This document shows positions 60,793 to 64,000 of a stretch of DNA of 64,000 bases, one piece after another. The number at the start of each line of letters is the position of its first letter. The first letter of the stretch is position 1. Source of the stretch: an uncultured Spirochaetota bacterium (GTDB taxonomy: Bacteria; Spirochaetota; Brevinematia; Brevinematales; JAOACQ01); the NCBI GenBank assembly GCA_963783575.1, contig CAWAOD010000018.1:140210-204209 (forward strand), read 5' to 3'. Below the pieces are notes generated by a model. That model did not search any database. It worked only from the letters and a program-made list of their open reading frames with translations, and was not told the origin of the DNA. The position numbers and the translations under genes were made by a program.

Positions 60793-61455
60793 TTAGGGGC
60801 CGAATTCGAGGGGGCGGGGGAGGGGGGTGACCAGGCGGTCTACGGCGGCGGCCCAGGCGGCGGCCGGCGGGGCGGCGGCCCAGGGGATGGGGTAGGGCGA
60901 GAAGAGGCGCTCCGGAGGCAGGTGGCCGCGGTAACCCTGGACCATCACGGAACAGGCGAGGGTCAGGTCGCCGTCGAGGTTGCCCACGGTGAGGTGGAAG
61001 CCATCCTCGAAGCGTTCGTCGGCATCGTCCCGCTCGGAGTGGAAGGCCTCGAGCCCGGCATGGCTGTGAATGGTGCCCAGGCGGATGAGGCCGGCGGGAA
61101 AGTCCCGCACTTCGTAGTCGCAGTGGCCGCCGCCCACGGTCTGGTGCGGGATGACCAGCTCATAGGTCCGGGTGGCCTCCCGCCAGGTCAGCAGGGCCAC
61201 GGCCTCGCTCCGGTAGCGGAGGTAAACCGCCCGAAAGAAGGCCACCGCCTGGAGCAGGAGGTCGGCGGGCAGCGGCGGGGCGCAGAGCTTGACGCCCGGC
61301 TCCTGGGGTTCCAGCCAGGGGATGCCGGCGGCGGGCACCGCGGCCTCGAAGAAGGGGGTGCGCTTCACCAGGAAGAGCCCATCTTGGGTGAGGAGATAAT
61401 AGATGGGGTCGTCCGGGGGAGTGAAGTCCTGGTCTTTCAGGTAGATGGGCAGCAT
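60793..61455 (-). CDS. Prokaryotic JAB/JAMM (MPN+) metalloprotease, PRTRC-protein-A-like
   Basis: E (RSEAVALL) plus HSH-x7-S-x2-D (GTIHSHAGLEAFHSERDD). N-terminal YLLTQDGLFL segment. Confidence 0.85.
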   Translation of the reverse strand: MLPIYLKDQDFTPPDDPIYYLLTQDGLFLVKRTPFFEAAVPAAGIPWLEPQEPGVKLCAPPLPADLLLQAVAFFRAVYLRYRSEAVALLTWREATRTYELVIPHQTVGGGHCDYEVRDFPAGLIRLGTIHSHAGLEAFHSERDDADERFEDGFHLTVGNLDGDLTLACSVMVQGYRGHLPPERLFSPYPIPWAAAPPAAAWAAAVDRLVTPLPRPLEFGP

Positions 61456-61462
61456 AAAAGAT

Positions 61463-61492
61463 AGTGGTCAGTGGTCAGTGGTCAGTTGTCAG
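61463..61492. repeat. Heptamer short tandem repeat (agtggtc)x4
   Basis: agtggtc agtggtc agtggtc agttgtc ag. Confidence 0.85.
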
Positions 61493-61590
61493 AAAAAAGC
61501 AGGAAAAAGCCCATTAGCCTGCGATCAGAGAAGGCACTATTTTATTATACCAAAATTTCTCGGATGGTTCCCAAAGCGTTTCTTTCTCCT

Positions 61591-62042
61591 TCAAAAGACC
61601 TTCTTGCTGTCCAGCAGCAGGGTGACAGGGCCGTCGTTGATCAGGCCCACCTCCATCATCTGGCGGAAGCGGCCGGTGGCGACCTTGAGGCCGTGGCCGG
61701 TCAGGGCGGCGGCCAGGTCTGCGTAGAGCTTTTCCGCCACTTCCGGGGGCGCGGCGCCAGCGAAGGAGGGGCGGCGGCCTTGGCGGCAGTCGCCCAGGAC
61801 GGTGAATTGGGAGACCAGCAGCAATTCGAAGCCGGTATCCAGGAGAGAGAGGTGCAGCAGGCGGCCGTCCTCACCGGCAAAGACCCGGAGGTGGGCCAGT
61901 TTTTGGGCCAGAAAGGCCACGTCGGCGGGGCCGTCGTCGGCCGCCACTCCGGCCAGGACCAGGAGTCCCGGTCCGATCCTGGCGACTCTGCGGCACCGAT
62001 CCGGACCCAGGCTTCCTGGACCCGCTGCACCACCGCCCGCAT
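61591..62042 (-). CDS. dtd: D-aminoacyl-tRNA deacylase (frameshift near 61990, probably an error)
   Basis: MRAVVQRV in one frame. IGPGLLVL, LRVF, VSQFT, GRRPSF and NDGPVT in another. Confidence 0.92.
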
Positions 62043-62290
62043 AATTGCTCCAGTTTTGAGTTTTGAGTATTTTGGTTTTTTGTAAAGAGCTTTGAAGCCT
62101 CAAAGGCGATATCACTTTATAACAGATTCGAAAAGCGGCAACCAAAAATCAACAAGCCAATAAAATTTTGAAGTTTTTTTAAGGGTTGGGTAAGGGAAAA
62201 AAATTTCCAGATTAGTCAATCAATTGGTTTTTAAGCGGTTCTATGGTAGGTTTAAACTTGAAACCAAAAACTCGCAACCCGAAACTCAAT

Positions 62291-62880
62291 ATGTCGTCGC
62301 GGTCCCTTTACAAAGCCAGTCTGACCATTCCCAATCTTATTACCCTGGCCCGTATTCTCCTGACGCCGCTGTTCATCATCTTCTTGATCCAGGGGCGCCA
62401 CCGCCAGGCGCTTATCATCTTCATCGGGGCCGGAGTGAGCGACCTGGCCGACGGCCTGATTGCCCGCTGGTGGCAACAGAAATCCCGCCTGGGGAGCTAC
62501 CTTGACCCCCTGGCGGATAAGCTGCTCATGTCCGCCAGTTTTGTGACCCTGGGCATTTCCCATGCCATCCCTTCCTGGCTGACGGTGGTGGTCATCAGCC
62601 GGGACGTCATCCTGGGCCTGGGATCGCTGATCTTGAAGCTGGCGGATTACCCCCTGGTGATCAGACCGTCCCTGGCCGGCAAATGGACCACCACCTTTCA
62701 ACTGGTAACCGTGGGGCTGGTGCTGCTGTCCAAGGGAAAATTGGTCCACCTGCCGTTCGGCGTCTTGACCGGCTTTTTTTATCTGACCGGCGTCCTCACG
62801 GTCATCACCGGCGTGCATTATATTTTTCGAGGATTAATGGTGGTGTCCCAGAATGGTGAGGAGCACGGGGGCGGCGGTGG
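62291..62880 (+). CDS. CDP-alcohol phosphatidyltransferase (PgsA-like); 3' end uncertain because the ORF runs on to 63112
   Basis: TIPNLITLAR and SDLADGLIAR...LGSYLDPLADK motifs. The extension beyond about 62880 overlaps the next gene and is low-complexity. Confidence 0.85.
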
Positions 62881-63428
62881 CCGAGGTCATCGACCTGGAG
62901 CGCTTCCGGGCCAAGATGGCCGTGGACCAGGGGTTTCGCACCTGGCTGGCCCGTTTTCAAGAGCAGTTCGGCCCCGAAACCCGGCTGCGGGATTTGAGCC
63001 CCGCCACCCTCCTCTATCTGGCCAGCCCCGGGGAAGAGAACCTCTACGTGCTGTTCGATCTGGTCATGGGGGCCCAAGGCCCTGGGGGCTCGGTGCGCTT
63101 CCGCCTGGATGACCTGGACCACGCCACCAGACTGAAGATCATGGATACGGCCTTCGCCCTGATCGATCGGCTAAGGTTTGAGTTGATGCGCCGGCTGGGG
63201 TGGGTGGAGGAGGCGCCCGGGGACGAAGAGCCCATCATCCGGCTGGTAGAGCAGGCCTGGGGCCGGGAGCCGGATTTCGCCCGGGAGGTGCCACGCCTGG
63301 CCGGAGAGCATCCGGATTACGCGGCCTATGACCGGCTCAACCCCATGGACCGGGCGGTGTTCATCCGACGGCTGATCCCCCGGGCGGTAGATACCTTCCG
63401 AGCGTGGCTGGAGGCGGGAGGGGGATGA
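62877..63428 (+). CDS. Hypothetical protein
   Basis: Protein-like ORF starting (M)AEVIDLERFR with strong GC3 bias. Confidence 0.7.
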   Translation: MAEVIDLERFRAKMAVDQGFRTWLARFQEQFGPETRLRDLSPATLLYLASPGEENLYVLFDLVMGAQGPGGSVRFRLDDLDHATRLKIMDTAFALIDRLRFELMRRLGWVEEAPGDEEPIIRLVEQAWGREPDFAREVPRLAGEHPDYAAYDRLNPMDRAVFIRRLIPRAVDTFRAWLEAGGG

Positions 63429-63488
63429 GTTTATAGTTTCGAGTTTCGAGATGGACGGACATATTTGAGGGGTTAGACCAAAGACAAT

Positions 63489-63833
63489 ATGACCTGGAAA
63501 ATTCTCCATCAACGGACAGGCCTGAATGTCATCAGTGCCATTATCCTGCTAATCGGTTTAAGCAGTGCTGCCTTGATTTATCAAAGAGCCGGAAATGTTC
63601 CTTATGGAGCTTGGGGTTACGAAAATGCGGATGGAACTATTTCTCCGATCATGCCCCAAGATTCCAAGATGTATAGACATAATCTGGAAGTGTACGGTGG
63701 CAAGTTAAATGTGATTATGGACGATTTCAGGAGTTGGTTTGGCGATTTGTGGCATGGAAAATCACTCGCAGTCATAATAGGCGGCACGGCCATTCTTATA
63801 TTTTTGGTTTTTTCTACAGGGCTAATTACTTGA
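63489..63833 (+). CDS. Hypothetical two-TM membrane protein
   Basis: Two hydrophobic segments flanking SKMYRHNLEVYGGKLN. Confidence 0.6.
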   Translation: MTWKILHQRTGLNVISAIILLIGLSSAALIYQRAGNVPYGAWGYENADGTISPIMPQDSKMYRHNLEVYGGKLNVIMDDFRSWFGDLWHGKSLAVIIGGTAILIFLVFSTGLIT

Positions 63834-64000
63834 TCCCCCCGATTAAAACCTGATGCCGCCGTGAAAACAATCGAGATGGGAGCAACTAAAAATTTTTTTT
63901 GAAAGCCTTCCAGGGAAAAATAGAAACCGACTCAATAGATAGTCAGCTACAAAGACCATGACCTCGGCGACAGATTGGTTTTTCTGGGCTTTACTGTCAG

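Noticed and set aside
58955..61455. Bacterial ubiquitin-like system formed by the JAB gene plus the FCCH-like insert
   Set aside because: The FCCH-like segment is inside a secreted protein and has no adenylation domain. No E2 or Ubl gene is present, so the adjacency is probably coincidental.
53207..62042. Programmed frameshifting or mass pseudogenisation in segments B and C
   Set aside because: Indels hit many unrelated genes, including dtd, with no common slippery motif. Low-coverage long-read error is the simpler explanation, although it cannot be proven here.
60922..63512. Long antisense or overlapping ORFs in the GC-rich region
   Set aside because: They are shadow frames of recognisable genes, expected at high GC3, and have no motifs of their own.

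Overview
The window is not one continuous locus. It looks like three joined segments. Segment A (1 to about 53135) is AT-rich and probably from a spirochaete, judged from a spiro-SPASM gene, a TPR-Mrr protein and spirochaete-like GAPDH/PGK insertions. It carries a membrane-bound hydrogenase-related (Ehr, group-4-like) cluster whose large subunit lacks the Ni-binding cysteines. That cluster is headed by an HTH/PTS-EIIA fusion, contains a hotdog-fold gene, and has its small subunit displaced and divergent. Segment A also holds rny, a TrmB-linked sugar ABC transporter, a DUF72-Ku-LigD (NHEJ) cluster, thiDC, manC-gap-pgk-tpiA, a TetR with two operators and a BtuFCD-like transporter. Two near-identical 1691-bp IS1182-family copies each sit inside a REP-like palindrome. 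Segment B (about 53136-54770) is GC-rich and indel-ridden, with FemAB-like, polysaccharide deacetylase and truncated glycosyltransferase genes. Segment C (about 54771-64000, possibly Desulfobacterota) has a frameshifted DUF4838 gene, a secreted beta-helix/BACON protein behind a c-di-GMP-I riboswitch, an orphan JAB/JAMM protein, dtd and a CDP-alcohol phosphatidyltransferase. Many frameshifts in B and C are probably sequencing errors. No rRNA, tRNA or CRISPR array was seen. All family assignments come from motif recognition by eye; no searches were run.
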